A stretch of DNA of 37,003 bases from an uncultured Muribaculaceae bacterium (lineage in GTDB: Bacteria > Bacillota_I > Bacilli_A > RF39 > UBA660): NCBI GenBank assembly GCA_964561805.1, contig CAZLQU010000004.1, positions 1-37,003 of the forward strand, written 5' to 3'. The notes below the pieces were generated by a model that saw only the letters and a program-made list of their open reading frames with translations, made no database searches and was not told where the DNA came from. A program made the position numbers and the translations under genes. The first letter of the stretch is position 1; every line of letters starts with the position of its first letter. Positions 10,101-20,455 of the stretch are shown one piece after another.

Positions 10101-10406
10101 ATGAAAAAGTTTACGATGTTAGATGAAAGTTTTAAATGTGAAAATTGTGGATGTGAAGTAGATTTATTAAACTATACTGCTAGGGACCATTGTCCTAATT
10201 GTTTATATTCTAAACATGTTGATATCATGCCGGGAGATAGAATGAATTCTTGTAAGGGATTAATGAAACCAATTGGCATTGAAAAATATAAAAACACTTA
10301 TAAAATAATTTATAGGTGTTCTAAGTGCCATCAAGTTCATAAAAATATTATGGCTAATGATGATAATTACGATTTAATAATTAAATTATCGGTTAACGAA
10401 ATCTAA
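10101..10406 (+). CDS. RNHCP-domain (Cys-rich, probable Zn-binding) protein
   Basis: FKCENCG, RDHCPNCLYSKHVD, PGDR, RCSKC; TTGTAA-N17-TATAAT just upstream. Confidence 0.85.
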   Translation: MKKFTMLDESFKCENCGCEVDLLNYTARDHCPNCLYSKHVDIMPGDRMNSCKGLMKPIGIEKYKNTYKIIYRCSKCHQVHKNIMANDDNYDLIIKLSVNEI

Positions 10407-11040
10407 TTTTATTGAACAAATCCATTATATTTGGCATAATAACAATAAATGCTAATAGGACAACAACAATAATGATTACTGTTTTCAATTCTTTACTGAT
10501 TGGAACAGTAGCTTTTTTTTGCCCTGTAGCAATTGCTACGTTATCAGCAACTTGTGGATCATTTACATATGATGGTGCTGTTGGATTTGCTAAATTGTTA
10601 TATGGATCATTAACATTCATATCATTCAAATAAGGAGATGGTTCCTCATTCATTCCGTTTGCCATATTTTGTTCTGGAATAACTGTGCTTTGCATTTTTT
10701 CTAATTGAGGATTAGGAATGAATGTATTTTGTGTAGCATTTGCTGGTTGTTCTGGTATAAATGTATTTTGTGTTGCTTCCATATTTGGTGTTGGTTCTTG
10801 ATTATTAAAAACATTGCCAACGGTATCGTTATAAGTAACATTGCTTACCGTCCCTAAAACAACTTGATTATTAATTGCCGGTTGTTCATTAGCGGAAATA
10901 TTCGGTGCTACCGGCTCTACTGGTACTGGATTATTATTCATAATCATACCATTATTAGGTATAGGAGGATTATTGGGAATAGTATTCATATTATTTAAAT
11001 CAGGTTGGTTCATATTAGGAACATTTTCCATATTATCCAT
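10393..11040 (-). CDS. Asn/Pro-rich low-complexity protein with C-terminal membrane anchor
   Basis: About 185 aa of N/P/Q/M-rich sequence, then VIIIVVVLLAFIVIMP and a basic tail; SD GGAGGGG. Confidence 0.75.
   Translation of the reverse strand: MDNMENVPNMNQPDLNNMNTIPNNPPIPNNGMIMNNNPVPVEPVAPNISANEQPAINNQVVLGTVSNVTYNDTVGNVFNNQEPTPNMEATQNTFIPEQPANATQNTFIPNPQLEKMQSTVIPEQNMANGMNEEPSPYLNDMNVNDPYNNLANPTAPSYVNDPQVADNVAIATGQKKATVPISKELKTVIIIVVVLLAFIVIMPNIMDLFNKIRFR
10714..10776 (-). repeat. Imperfect 24-bp direct repeat, period 39 bp (peptide ATQNTFIP x2)
   Basis: aggaatgaatgtattttgtgtagc / tggtataaatgtattttgtgttgc; differences are synonymous. Confidence 0.8.
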
Positions 11041-11051
11041 AATGCCCCTCC

Positions 11052-11804
11052 TTACATGTTATTGTTGTTATTATTTTGTGGTCCAAAAACAAAGCCAACA
11101 GGTGTAGGATTTACTGGTTGTGGTGGTGTTATTGGATTAGGTACTGTATTTTCTACAGGATTAGGCATTGGAACTGGTCCAGCTTGTTGTACTTGAGTAT
11201 TCATTGGTGTTGGTTGTGGCTGGTTATAATTCATACCATTATCTATAGGCTGACTAGCCATAACATTTTGATTATTCACATTTGTTTCAATAGGAGTTGG
11301 ATTGCTTATTATTTGTTGTGGTTGACCATAAGTAACAGGTTCAACTGGTTGTGGTGCTGCTTCCATTGTAGGTGTTAATGGTTGTTGCATTGACATAGGT
11401 GCTGGTTCAGGCATTGGTGCTTGAGCCATTGGTTCTGGATTATTCTGAACAGCATTAATTGGTTCAACTGGTTGTGGTGTATTAATTGTTGTTGGTTGAA
11501 CGTTATTAATTGGTTGTGGTGCCACTCCTACGTTACTTTGAATTGGTGGAACTGGTTGTGGGTTTTGTGGTGCCATATTATTTACTGGCATTGCATTAAC
11601 TGGTTGAGTTGCCATTCCACCATTTGGTTGATAATTTATTTGTCCACCAGCATTTGGATCATATGCTGGGGTATTATTACTTTCTGCTTTTTTAACCCCA
11701 TTTTTCTTTTTATCAGCTAAAAAGCCGATAATAGTTATAATAATTAAAACAATAACTATTATGATATAGATATAATTATCTAGTAAAAAATCTTTGATAT
11801 TCAT
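11052..11804 (-). CDS. Pro/Gln/Asn-rich protein with N-terminal membrane anchor
   Basis: TM YIYIIIVIVLIIITIIGFLA followed by DKKK, then about 215 aa of P/Q/N-rich sequence with PQP motifs; SD GAGGAG. Confidence 0.8.
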   Translation of the reverse strand: MNIKDFLLDNYIYIIIVIVLIIITIIGFLADKKKNGVKKAESNNTPAYDPNAGGQINYQPNGGMATQPVNAMPVNNMAPQNPQPVPPIQSNVGVAPQPINNVQPTTINTPQPVEPINAVQNNPEPMAQAPMPEPAPMSMQQPLTPTMEAAPQPVEPVTYGQPQQIISNPTPIETNVNNQNVMASQPIDNGMNYNQPQPTPMNTQVQQAGPVPMPNPVENTVPNPITPPQPVNPTPVGFVFGPQNNNNNNM

Positions 11805-11832
11805 AAAATCATCTCCTCTTTATTCTACTTAT

Positions 11833-11861
11833 ATAATATCATGAAACAGTAATATTTGCAA
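11833..11861 (-). promoter_or_regulatory. Sigma-A promoter for the two low-complexity membrane protein genes
   Basis: TTGCAA-N17-TATTAT with extended -10 TG. Confidence 0.5.
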
Positions 11862-13568
11862 TTATTTTTCAATTCCAAATTTATTTAAAAATTTGTTGTC
11901 AACTGTAAGCAATGCTTTAACCGAAGTGTCAATTGATTGTTTATATTTTCCTTTTCGAAATAAGTCTTCCGCTGTATTTAATGCTTCGTCAATTTCTTTA
12001 TTTGTAGTTCGGTAACGATTACCATAAACAATTAATTCTTCACAAGTGTTTACACTCTTTACAATATCGTTAGTTTTATTATAAATTTTAAATACCAAAT
12101 CTCTTGCGGTATCAACTCTCACGTTTAATACTTTGATAACGATTGGTTTTTTAGCTAATTCTTTAATTATTTCACGAATTGCTTCGCCAGCTTCCTCTAA
12201 TTCGATAAAGTAATTATTAGGAATAACTGGTATTTTATAATCTTTTAATTTATTCTTAGCACCCACTAAAAGGTTTTGAATCATTTCTAATTGTTCTTTG
12301 GCACGTGATTCATCATCTTTCATACTAGTGATTGATTTTAGATGAAAATCTAAATCATCTTGTAATCTTGTCAAGCGATTATTTAAACCATCTAATTCTT
12401 CAGTTAATTTGGAATATGCGAAAGTCCTTCCCTTCCCGTGTTCAAAAAGAACTTTATAATCTTCATTAATTTTTTCTAAATCTTTATTAATCATTCCAAA
12501 CTTATTGATTTCAGATTCAGATAGATCATAAGTATTTTTAATATCATCCATTTGAATATAGATGTCATAGACAACTTTATTAATGCCTTCCAATTTTTTC
12601 TTTAACTTTTTGATATTTTCTCTAAAGATATCTTTAGCTTCTTTTTCACGGTCAAAACTATTAAAGATCGTATTAAAATACTCTAAAATTGTTTTAAGTT
12701 CAATATCGGCATTATCCATTTTAAACTCTTTAAGATTATTAATAATACTTGCTACTTTGTCATTGATTTCTTTAATGTTATATTCAATATTTAAATAATC
12801 TAATGGATAACCATCTCTTTGCATACGTGAATATGCTGTTTTAGTTTCTTCAACTTTATTAGGAATCATCATTTTGGCCATTAGTATTAAATCGGGAACT
12901 TTTTCAAGATAATTTCTTAGAGTATTAATCTCATTTTCTAAGTCAACTACCAATCTTTCAACTGAAATATAATCGTTACGATCCATGTAAGTTTCAAATT
13001 TTTTAAAGCCTTTGTCGATACTTGTTAATTTATTTTCAATACTTGTTCCTAATTCTGCATAATCTTTTTTTCTACGTTCATATTTGCTTTCACATTCACG
13101 ATAAATTGCTTTTAATTTAGTAATTAGTGAACGGTTTCTTTCTTCTGAATTAGTAATTACTTTTATTTCTTCAAGTAAAGTCTCTGTTTTCTTTTTAACC
13201 GACTCTAAATTTATTTCAATATTAGCAATTTTCTTTAGCGCATTTTTATAATCTTTTCTTTCAACAAGAAAATCAGCTTCGGTAATTAAATCAGTTAAGG
13301 CATCTATTTTTTTATCTTTTATTTCATTAATGGTTTCATCCCAATAAGCAAGTTTTTCTTTTAAATCATCGGTTTTAACTAATTCCCTTACTTTTGATAA
13401 TTCGCTTAAAATAGGTACCCCAATTAAACTGTTTTTTTCAAGGTCTAATTCCTCGATTGTTCTTTTAAATTTCTTTTTCTTTCTAACATTTAAAAGAATT
13501 AAAGTAACTATGACAGCAATAAATAAGCCAATAAAAATTATTACTGGTAATAAAACTTTATTATTCAT
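11862..13568 (-). CDS. ezrA: Septation ring formation regulator EzrA
   Basis: N-terminal TM, long coiled-coil/spectrin-like body, GYPL, C-terminal YGNRYR (QNR-patch variant), 568 aa. Confidence 0.92.
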   Translation of the reverse strand: MNNKVLLPVIIFIGLFIAVIVTLILLNVRKKKKFKRTIEELDLEKNSLIGVPILSELSKVRELVKTDDLKEKLAYWDETINEIKDKKIDALTDLITEADFLVERKDYKNALKKIANIEINLESVKKKTETLLEEIKVITNSEERNRSLITKLKAIYRECESKYERRKKDYAELGTSIENKLTSIDKGFKKFETYMDRNDYISVERLVVDLENEINTLRNYLEKVPDLILMAKMMIPNKVEETKTAYSRMQRDGYPLDYLNIEYNIKEINDKVASIINNLKEFKMDNADIELKTILEYFNTIFNSFDREKEAKDIFRENIKKLKKKLEGINKVVYDIYIQMDDIKNTYDLSESEINKFGMINKDLEKINEDYKVLFEHGKGRTFAYSKLTEELDGLNNRLTRLQDDLDFHLKSITSMKDDESRAKEQLEMIQNLLVGAKNKLKDYKIPVIPNNYFIELEEAGEAIREIIKELAKKPIVIKVLNVRVDTARDLVFKIYNKTNDIVKSVNTCEELIVYGNRYRTTNKEIDEALNTAEDLFRKGKYKQSIDTSVKALLTVDNKFLNKFGIEK

Positions 13569-13640
13569 GCTATCACTCCTTACATAGTATACATAATTAT
13601 TTTATCATATTTTTTATTATTTTAATAGTAGTTTTTTAAA

Positions 13641-13674
13641 GAAAAAGAAAAAGTGTTATTTTTTCCACTTTTTC
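13641..13674 (-). terminator. Intrinsic terminator after phosphoketolase
   Basis: GAAAAAGTG...CACTTTTTC inverted repeat followed by TTTTTC on the minus strand. Confidence 0.55.
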
Positions 13675-16010
13675 TATTTCCAATGCCAGTTTCTTATTTC
13701 TTCCACATCAATACCGTTTTCCATAATGTATACTTTATGTTCAATCAATTTATTTCTACATTGTTGAATTAACGATGCAGTTCGATTACCTAGTTGTGGC
13801 AAATATTTTAAGGCATCAATAACTAAATGGTATCTGTCAATTTTATTTTGAACTTTCATATCGAATGGTGTTGTAATTGTTCCTTCTTCAATATATCCAT
13901 GAACATGTAAGTTGGTGTTTTCTCTTTTATAAGTTAATTGATGTATTAAATCTGGGTAACCATGGAAATTAAAGATGATTGGTTTGTCTTTGGTAAATAA
14001 TGAATCATACTCTTCATCAGTTAAGCCATGAGGATGTCTATCACTAGATTGGAGTTTCATCAAGTCTACGACATTAACCATTCTTATTTTTATTTCAGGA
14101 AAGTTTTCTCTTAAAATTGAGATTGCTGCCAAAGTTTCTAGAGTTGGAGCATCACCACATGATGCCATAACAATATCAGGTTCCTTGCCTTCATCGTTTG
14201 ATGCAAATTCCCAAATACCTACGCCTTTGGTGCAATGTGTAATGGCTTCATCCATCGTTAGCCACTGAGGGCTAAGATGTTTTGAGGCAATTATTACATT
14301 TATATAATTTTTGCTTTTTAAGCAATGATCCATGCACGATAATAAGCAATTAGCATCGGGTGGCAAATACATTCTAGAGATTTCGGCTTTCTTGGTGGCA
14401 ATATGATTTAAGAACCCTGGATCTTGATGAGTATAGCCATTATGATCTTGCTGCCATACGTTTGAAGATAATATATAATTTAGGCTTGCTATTGGTCTAC
14501 GCCAAGCAAGGTCAGCGCATACTTTTAACCATTTAGCATGTTGACTAGTCATTGAATCAACAATTCTAATAAAAGCTTCGTAACTGTTGAACAAACCATG
14601 TCTTCCGGTTAATAAGTACCCTTCTAGCATACCTTCACACATATGTTCAGAAAGAATACTATCGATTACTCTACCATCAGTTGATAAAAAGTCATCGGTT
14701 TTTATTTTTTTATCGATCCAGCGTCTGTTAGTTTTTTCAAAAATTGCTCCCAAACGATTGGATAATGCTTCATCTGGTCCAAAGATACGGAAATTCTTTT
14801 TATTTGATGAAATAACATCACGAAGATACTTTCCTACTTCGGTCATATCACTTTTTAAGACGCTACCAGGATATGGTACTTTTACTTGATACTTCGTAAA
14901 ATCCGGAGTAACTAAATCATGAAGAAGAATTCCACCATTAGCGTGAGGGTTAGCTCCCATACGACGGTTTCCTCTAGGGAGAGTATCTCTAATTTCTTTT
15001 TTTAGTTTACCATCTTTGTCAAATAATTCTTCTGGGCGATAACTCTTTAGCCATTTTTCTAAAGTTAAGAGATTCTTTTTGTGATCAGCATCAACTACTA
15101 GCGGTATTTGATGGGCTCTAAAGGTTCCTTCAATTTGTTTACCTTCGACAATATTTGGTCCAGTCCATCCTTTTGGTGTTCTTAGGATGATCATTGGCCA
15201 GATAGGTCTTTTGACACTATTACCTTTTTTGATATCTCTAATATCTTTTACTACTCTATCTAAGGTCATAGCCATTTTTTTATGCATTTCCATTGGTTCA
15301 GTGCCTTCGACAAAGTATGGTTTATAGCCATAACCAGTAAATAATGATTCTAATTCACTATTATTCATTCTTCCCATGATCGTTGGATTAGCAATTTTAT
15401 AGCCATTTAAATGTAAAATTGGTAAGACAACGCCATCAGTTTTAGGATTTATAAATTTATTGCCGTGCCAAGATGTTGCTAATGGCCCAGTTTCAGCTTC
15501 ACCATCGCCAACAACGCAAGCAGCAATTAAACTAGGATTATCCATAACAGCACCATAAGCATGTGATAAGCTATAACCTAGTTCGCCGCCTTCATTTATG
15601 GATCCTGGAGTTTCTGGGGCTACATGGCTAGATACACCGCCTGGGAAACTAAATTGTTTAAATAATTTTTGTAGTCCTTTTTCATCATATGTAATATTAG
15701 GATATATTTCACTATAAGTTCCCTCTAGATAGGTATTTGAAATAAGGGCATTTCCTCCATGTCCTGGTCCAGAAATATAAATCATATTGAGGTCATATTT
15801 TTTAATAATTCTATTTAGATGCGTATATATAAAGTTTTGTCCAGGAACAGTTCCCCAGTGACCCACTAATTTATGTTTAATATCATCTAGTGTTAATTTT
15901 CTTTTTAATAATGGATTACTAAGTAAATATAACTGCCCTACGGACAAATAATTACTAGCTCTAAAATATGCATCTAATAAGTTTAGTTCTTTATTAGTAA
16001 TACTTGCCAT
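13674..16010 (-). CDS. xfp: Xylulose-5-phosphate/fructose-6-phosphate phosphoketolase
   Basis: [27 protein letters not shown] (TPP motif), [21 protein letters not shown]. Confidence 0.97.
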   Translation of the reverse strand: MASITNKELNLLDAYFRASNYLSVGQLYLLSNPLLKRKLTLDDIKHKLVGHWGTVPGQNFIYTHLNRIIKKYDLNMIYISGPGHGGNALISNTYLEGTYSEIYPNITYDEKGLQKLFKQFSFPGGVSSHVAPETPGSINEGGELGYSLSHAYGAVMDNPSLIAACVVGDGEAETGPLATSWHGNKFINPKTDGVVLPILHLNGYKIANPTIMGRMNNSELESLFTGYGYKPYFVEGTEPMEMHKKMAMTLDRVVKDIRDIKKGNSVKRPIWPMIILRTPKGWTGPNIVEGKQIEGTFRAHQIPLVVDADHKKNLLTLEKWLKSYRPEELFDKDGKLKKEIRDTLPRGNRRMGANPHANGGILLHDLVTPDFTKYQVKVPYPGSVLKSDMTEVGKYLRDVISSNKKNFRIFGPDEALSNRLGAIFEKTNRRWIDKKIKTDDFLSTDGRVIDSILSEHMCEGMLEGYLLTGRHGLFNSYEAFIRIVDSMTSQHAKWLKVCADLAWRRPIASLNYILSSNVWQQDHNGYTHQDPGFLNHIATKKAEISRMYLPPDANCLLSCMDHCLKSKNYINVIIASKHLSPQWLTMDEAITHCTKGVGIWEFASNDEGKEPDIVMASCGDAPTLETLAAISILRENFPEIKIRMVNVVDLMKLQSSDRHPHGLTDEEYDSLFTKDKPIIFNFHGYPDLIHQLTYKRENTNLHVHGYIEEGTITTPFDMKVQNKIDRYHLVIDALKYLPQLGNRTASLIQQCRNKLIEHKVYIMENGIDVEEIRNWHWK

Positions 16011-16036
16011 ATGACACCTCTTTCTATTCTAATAGA

Positions 16037-16065
16037 ATTATAACAAAAAAAGCATCGTTTGACAA
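16037..16065 (-). promoter_or_regulatory. Sigma-A promoter of xfp overlapping a terminator-like hairpin
   Basis: TTGTCA-N17-TATAAT with TG; the -35 lies within AAAGCAT-N9-ATGCTTT followed by a T tract. Confidence 0.6.
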
Positions 16066-16159
16066 TGCTTTACATTTAGAATGTTACCAAATAGCGAACG
16101 TTTTCTTTTTTATGTTGATTTATATATACTTAATAACATAGTTTTATGTTCCTTACAAG

Positions 16160-17071
16160 TTATTCACTAAACATCTTATTAATTGCTTCTTTATAGATAC
16201 TTTTAGCTATTTCATAACCATTTGGAATAAAATTAATAGCTTTATTGATAGTTACTCCGCTATTAGCTTCAAGAACTAAAAATTTATTATCAATCGTTTC
16301 AAAAATATCGATACTAGCGAAGGTCATATTAGTCTTTTTTGATACATCTAATGCTAGTTTAGTTACTTTTTCTTTAATACTTTCATCAATATTGGTTGAG
16401 GCAATACTGCCACAAGATAAGTTGAATCTAAAATCATATACATATTCTTCACCCTTTTTAGGAATAAGATGTTTTATTTCTTTATCGGTGAAATAGTATG
16501 GGTTAAACTTAACTAACAATTCTTTTAATGTTGTTTTTCCGTCGCCAATTACTTTAGGATTAATTTTTTTAAAAACTAATTTTACTTCATTATCTAAAAC
16601 AATTACACGATATTCATTTTTGGCATAATAATATGGGCAAATACTGATAGAAAAATTTTCTTTTAGAAGTAGTTTAGTCTTTGATAGCAATCGTTTTTCA
16701 TCAGTGATATGATATACTCCCATGCCAATGCTTCCTAAATTGGGTTTAATAATAATGTCTCTATTATATTTATTAAAAATATTTATTAAATCTTCTTTAG
16801 TATGGCAACCTTTAGCATAATCAAATAGATTATCTTCGCGATAAAAGATCTGATATTCACAAACTGGAATATTTTTGTGTTTTAGGGTATCATAAAAAGC
16901 ATATTTATCATCCATGACGCCCCCTATTCCATGACCATTTAAATCACATTTATGACCAACAAAATACCTTACTTTATGATCTTTTTCTAGCATCATAACC
17001 CAATCTTTAGAAAGATATGCGTATTTTATATTTAATTCTTGGCATATATCTTCGATTATTTTATTAAACAT
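16160..17071 (-). CDS. Stand-alone ATP-grasp ligase (RimK/cyanophycin synthetase/GshAB-like); start probably ATG 17071
   Basis: DDK, IIKPNLGSIGMGV, EYRV, GDGKTTLKELL, NLSCG, IDI, VLEANS; SD AGGTGG before ATG 17071. Confidence 0.8.
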   Translation of the reverse strand: MFNKIIEDICQELNIKYAYLSKDWVMMLEKDHKVRYFVGHKCDLNGHGIGGVMDDKYAFYDTLKHKNIPVCEYQIFYREDNLFDYAKGCHTKEDLINIFNKYNRDIIIKPNLGSIGMGVYHITDEKRLLSKTKLLLKENFSISICPYYYAKNEYRVIVLDNEVKLVFKKINPKVIGDGKTTLKELLVKFNPYYFTDKEIKHLIPKKGEEYVYDFRFNLSCGSIASTNIDESIKEKVTKLALDVSKKTNMTFASIDIFETIDNKFLVLEANSGVTINKAINFIPNGYEIAKSIYKEAINKMFSE

Positions 17072-17147
17072 GTAAACCACCTAATTAGTATTATAGCATA
17101 TATTTACTTAACTAGAAAAATTTAGTACAATTATTTTGGTGATATAA

Positions 17148-18005
17148 ATGGATAAAAAACAGGATTATATCAATTATGGTGAATGTTCTTTACTTAAGAG
17201 CGTTAGTGAATTTAAAAAAGATTTATCAAATAAAACCATTAAAAATTATATTAAGAATGGAATGGTTAAAGTTAATGGTAAAATTATTACTAATAGTAGT
17301 ACTTTAATTCATAATAATGATAAGGTAGAAATAAGTTATGTAAAAAATAAAAATAATGTTTTTGATTTAGATATTTTATATGAGGATGATTATTTAATAG
17401 TCATTGATAAGCCTTGTGGATTATTATCTATTGCCAATAATAAGGAAAAAGAAATTACTGCTTATAGAATGGTATCAGACTATGTTAAAAAAAATAGTCA
17501 TAAATATATTTTTGTAGTTCATAGATTGGATCAAGATACATCTGGTATTCTTATGTTTTGTAAAGATGAAAAAATTAGGGATAAGATGCAGAATGATTGG
17601 AATACAATAGTTAAAAAAAGAGGATATTTAGCACTTTGTGATGGAACGATAACTGGTTCTGGAACTATTCATACATACTTAAAAGAGAATAAACAACAAT
17701 TTGTGTATTCTGCTAAAAACAATGATGGCAAGGAAGCAATTACCCATTATGCTGTTTTAAAAAATAGTAATAATTATAGTCTATTACAAGTATTTATTGA
17801 TACTGGAAGAAGAAATCAAATTAGAGTGCATTTAAGTGAACGGGGATACCCTATTGTTGGTGATAAGAAATATAAGTGTAAGACTAATCCTATTAAAAGA
17901 TTATGTTTACATGCTAATATTTTAGAATTTATTCATCCAGTTAGTAAGAAGTTAATTCATATAGAATGTGCGTTACCAAACGAAATAAAAAAATTAGTTA
18001 AGTAA
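17148..18005 (+). CDS. RluA/RluD-family pseudouridine synthase with S4 domain
   Basis: DKPCGL, HRLDQDTSG (catalytic Asp), TGRRNQIRVH, PIVGDKKY, LHA. Confidence 0.95.
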   Translation: MDKKQDYINYGECSLLKSVSEFKKDLSNKTIKNYIKNGMVKVNGKIITNSSTLIHNNDKVEISYVKNKNNVFDLDILYEDDYLIVIDKPCGLLSIANNKEKEITAYRMVSDYVKKNSHKYIFVVHRLDQDTSGILMFCKDEKIRDKMQNDWNTIVKKRGYLALCDGTITGSGTIHTYLKENKQQFVYSAKNNDGKEAITHYAVLKNSNNYSLLQVFIDTGRRNQIRVHLSERGYPIVGDKKYKCKTNPIKRLCLHANILEFIHPVSKKLIHIECALPNEIKKLVK

Positions 18006-18018
18006 TTAACTAATTTTT
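17989..18018. terminator. Bidirectional terminator between the pseudouridine synthase gene and pheT
   Basis: AAAAATTAGTTA-AGTAAT-TAACTAATTTTT, perfect 12-bp inverted repeat. Confidence 0.65.
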
Positions 18019-18022
18019 ATTT

Positions 18023-20446
18023 TTATTCTTCACGGATGATAGCACCGCATTGACTATTTAGGGTTTTAATGATACTATTCATTTTTTCATTAATTTCATC
18101 GGTTGTTAAGGTATTAATACCATCGCCTAATTTAACACGTAAGGTAATAGATTTTTTACCTTCAGGTACTTGATTACCGCGATATTCTTCAACAAATTCT
18201 AGAGTGTGAACTTTTTTCTTAATAAACATACTAATATTTTCCCAAGTAACATCATCATTAACTAAAATTGATAGGTCTTTTTCAACTAGTGGTACTTGTG
18301 GTAAATTTATAAATTTATTAGTTCTAGCTGGCAATGGATTTAATTTATCAACGTTTATTTCAAAGATGGCTACGTTGGTACGTTTAATCTTTGATTCATT
18401 CATAGTACTTAATGACGCTAATCCTAAAGCACCAATTATTTCATTATTTAAGGTGATATTTAGATAAGCACTATTATCTGCCCAAGATGGCTTTTCTAAT
18501 ACTTCTAGTTTTAAATCATCCATGTGACAATACTTTGCCATTGATTCAATGACGCCTTTTATTTCATAGAAAATCTTTTTAGGATTTTTATCGACACTGG
18601 CACCAATTAAATAATTTTTATGAATTGGTAAAGTTTCATCATTAGTTGATTCATGATACTCCCCTTTTTCAAAGACTTGAGCCATTTCAAATAATCTAAA
18701 GGTTTCATTGTATCTTAAGTTTTTAGCAATAGCTTCTAGCATACCTGGAACTAGTGACATTCTTAGATTTGCTAGTTCTGGGGCTGGTGGAGTTGCCAAT
18801 CTTACAGCATTTGAAACATCTATTTTAGCAGCGTTGATATACTTAATATCAATCCAAGGATAAGTATATATTTCATTAAAGCCACAACGATATGCTAAAT
18901 ACTCTTTTAATCTTCTTTCTAATAATACTTTATTTTGTCTTACAGCATGATTAAAACTAACTGTAAGTGGTTTCGGTTCAAAACTTTGATAATCTAGGAG
19001 TCTAGCAATATCACCCATAACATCATCTTTTAAACTTACATCGCCAGTTGAACGCCATACTGGAGCTATTGTATGATATATTCCGTCTTTATAGGTAACA
19101 TCATAACCTAATCTAGTTAAAACATCTTCGATTGTTTTTTGTGGTAATTTCTTACCTAATCTAACATTTAAAAATTCTTCGGAGACATCAATTTTAGCTC
19201 TTTCTGTTTTAACTGGGTAATTATCACCATAGGCAATAACATTACAATTTGGAAATAATTCTAAGAATAGATCTTTGGCCATACTTAGGGCTTCATCTAC
19301 TCTTTCAGTATCAATATTCTTTTCATATCTGATTGATGAATCAGTTTTTTCATCAAATCTTTTACCACTTTTTCTAATGGTACTAGCGGAGAAATTAGCA
19401 ATTTCAAGTAAGATACTATTTGTTTCTGGTAAAATAGAATCTTTTTTACCACCACGAATACCAGCAAGAGCTAGTGGCCCTTTAGTATCGCAAATTACTA
19501 AGTCATCAGGAGTTAATTCGATATCACTATCATCTAATAGTAATAGTTTTTCACCTTTTTTAGCATTTCTAACAATTATTTTATGACCTTCAACATGAGT
19601 ACTATCAAAAGCATGCATTGGTTGACCAACAGCCATCATAATATAATTAGTAATATCAACTAAGGCATTGATTGGGCGCATTCCACAATTAATTAGTAGG
19701 GCTTGCATCCAATGAGGTGATGGTATATTGCAAACATTTTCGATTTCAACACCTACATAACGACGACATTTTTCAGGTTCCTCAATTTCAATATCATACT
19801 TTGGTAACTTTGTAACTGGAGTTGCTTTTTCTATTTTCTTTAATGGAATATTATAGATAGCTGATAATTCTCTAGCAATACCATAATGGCCCCATAAATC
19901 AGGTCTATTAGTAAGTGATTTATTGTCAATTTCAAGAATAGTATCTGCTAAATATGTAACTTCAGCGACACTATCGCCTGGTTTACAAGCATATTGTTTT
20001 AAATCAACAATTTCATACATATCTTTTGGAGGGAATAGTTTATCTAAGAATACTTCTGTAGCTCCGCAAATCATTCCATATGATGATTCACCACGAACTT
20101 TAGATTCGGTTATTTTTATTGGTTCTCCTTCACCATGCCAAACAACTTCGGCACCTGGTTTTGAGACAACTACATATTCACCAACATATAAGTTAGAACC
20201 ACCACAAACAATTTGAACAGGTTTACTTTCACCAATATCTGTTATACATATTCTTAGTTTGTCAGCATTAGGATGTGGTTTTACTTCCAAAATTTTACCG
20301 ACAACAATATCATGAAACTTGTCTATGGTATTTTCTACTGATTCAACTTCAACAGTACGAAGGGTTAAATCATAGGCAATTTTTTTAGCATCCACTTCTT
20401 TAGGTAGATCAATGTATTTTTTTATCCAATTTAATGATACTCTCAT
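18023..20446 (-). CDS. pheT: Phenylalanine--tRNA ligase beta subunit
   Basis: HPNADKL, VCGGSN, NRPDLWGHYGIARE, VDITNY, GQPMHAFD, C-terminal FDX-ACB (YRG..GKKS). Confidence 0.97.
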   Translation of the reverse strand: MRVSLNWIKKYIDLPKEVDAKKIAYDLTLRTVEVESVENTIDKFHDIVVGKILEVKPHPNADKLRICITDIGESKPVQIVCGGSNLYVGEYVVVSKPGAEVVWHGEGEPIKITESKVRGESSYGMICGATEVFLDKLFPPKDMYEIVDLKQYACKPGDSVAEVTYLADTILEIDNKSLTNRPDLWGHYGIARELSAIYNIPLKKIEKATPVTKLPKYDIEIEEPEKCRRYVGVEIENVCNIPSPHWMQALLINCGMRPINALVDITNYIMMAVGQPMHAFDSTHVEGHKIIVRNAKKGEKLLLLDDSDIELTPDDLVICDTKGPLALAGIRGGKKDSILPETNSILLEIANFSASTIRKSGKRFDEKTDSSIRYEKNIDTERVDEALSMAKDLFLELFPNCNVIAYGDNYPVKTERAKIDVSEEFLNVRLGKKLPQKTIEDVLTRLGYDVTYKDGIYHTIAPVWRSTGDVSLKDDVMGDIARLLDYQSFEPKPLTVSFNHAVRQNKVLLERRLKEYLAYRCGFNEIYTYPWIDIKYINAAKIDVSNAVRLATPPAPELANLRMSLVPGMLEAIAKNLRYNETFRLFEMAQVFEKGEYHESTNDETLPIHKNYLIGASVDKNPKKIFYEIKGVIESMAKYCHMDDLKLEVLEKPSWADNSAYLNITLNNEIIGALGLASLSTMNESKIKRTNVAIFEINVDKLNPLPARTNKFINLPQVPLVEKDLSILVNDDVTWENISMFIKKKVHTLEFVEEYRGNQVPEGKKSITLRVKLGDGINTLTTDEINEKMNSIIKTLNSQCGAIIREE

Positions 20447-20455
20447 AATAACCTC

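Noticed and set aside
11076-11720. Two Trp/Cys-rich + strand ORFs (100 and 99 aa) resembling RiPP or metal-binding peptides
   Set aside because: Antisense shadows of the Pro/Thr/Asn-rich gene (CCA reads TGG, ACA reads TGT); no SD or modification genes
16110-16160. 9-codon mini-ORF with AAGGA upstream of the xfp promoter, and a cre-like AAGAAAACGTTCGCT nearby
   Set aside because: Too short and too degenerate to distinguish from chance in AT-rich DNA
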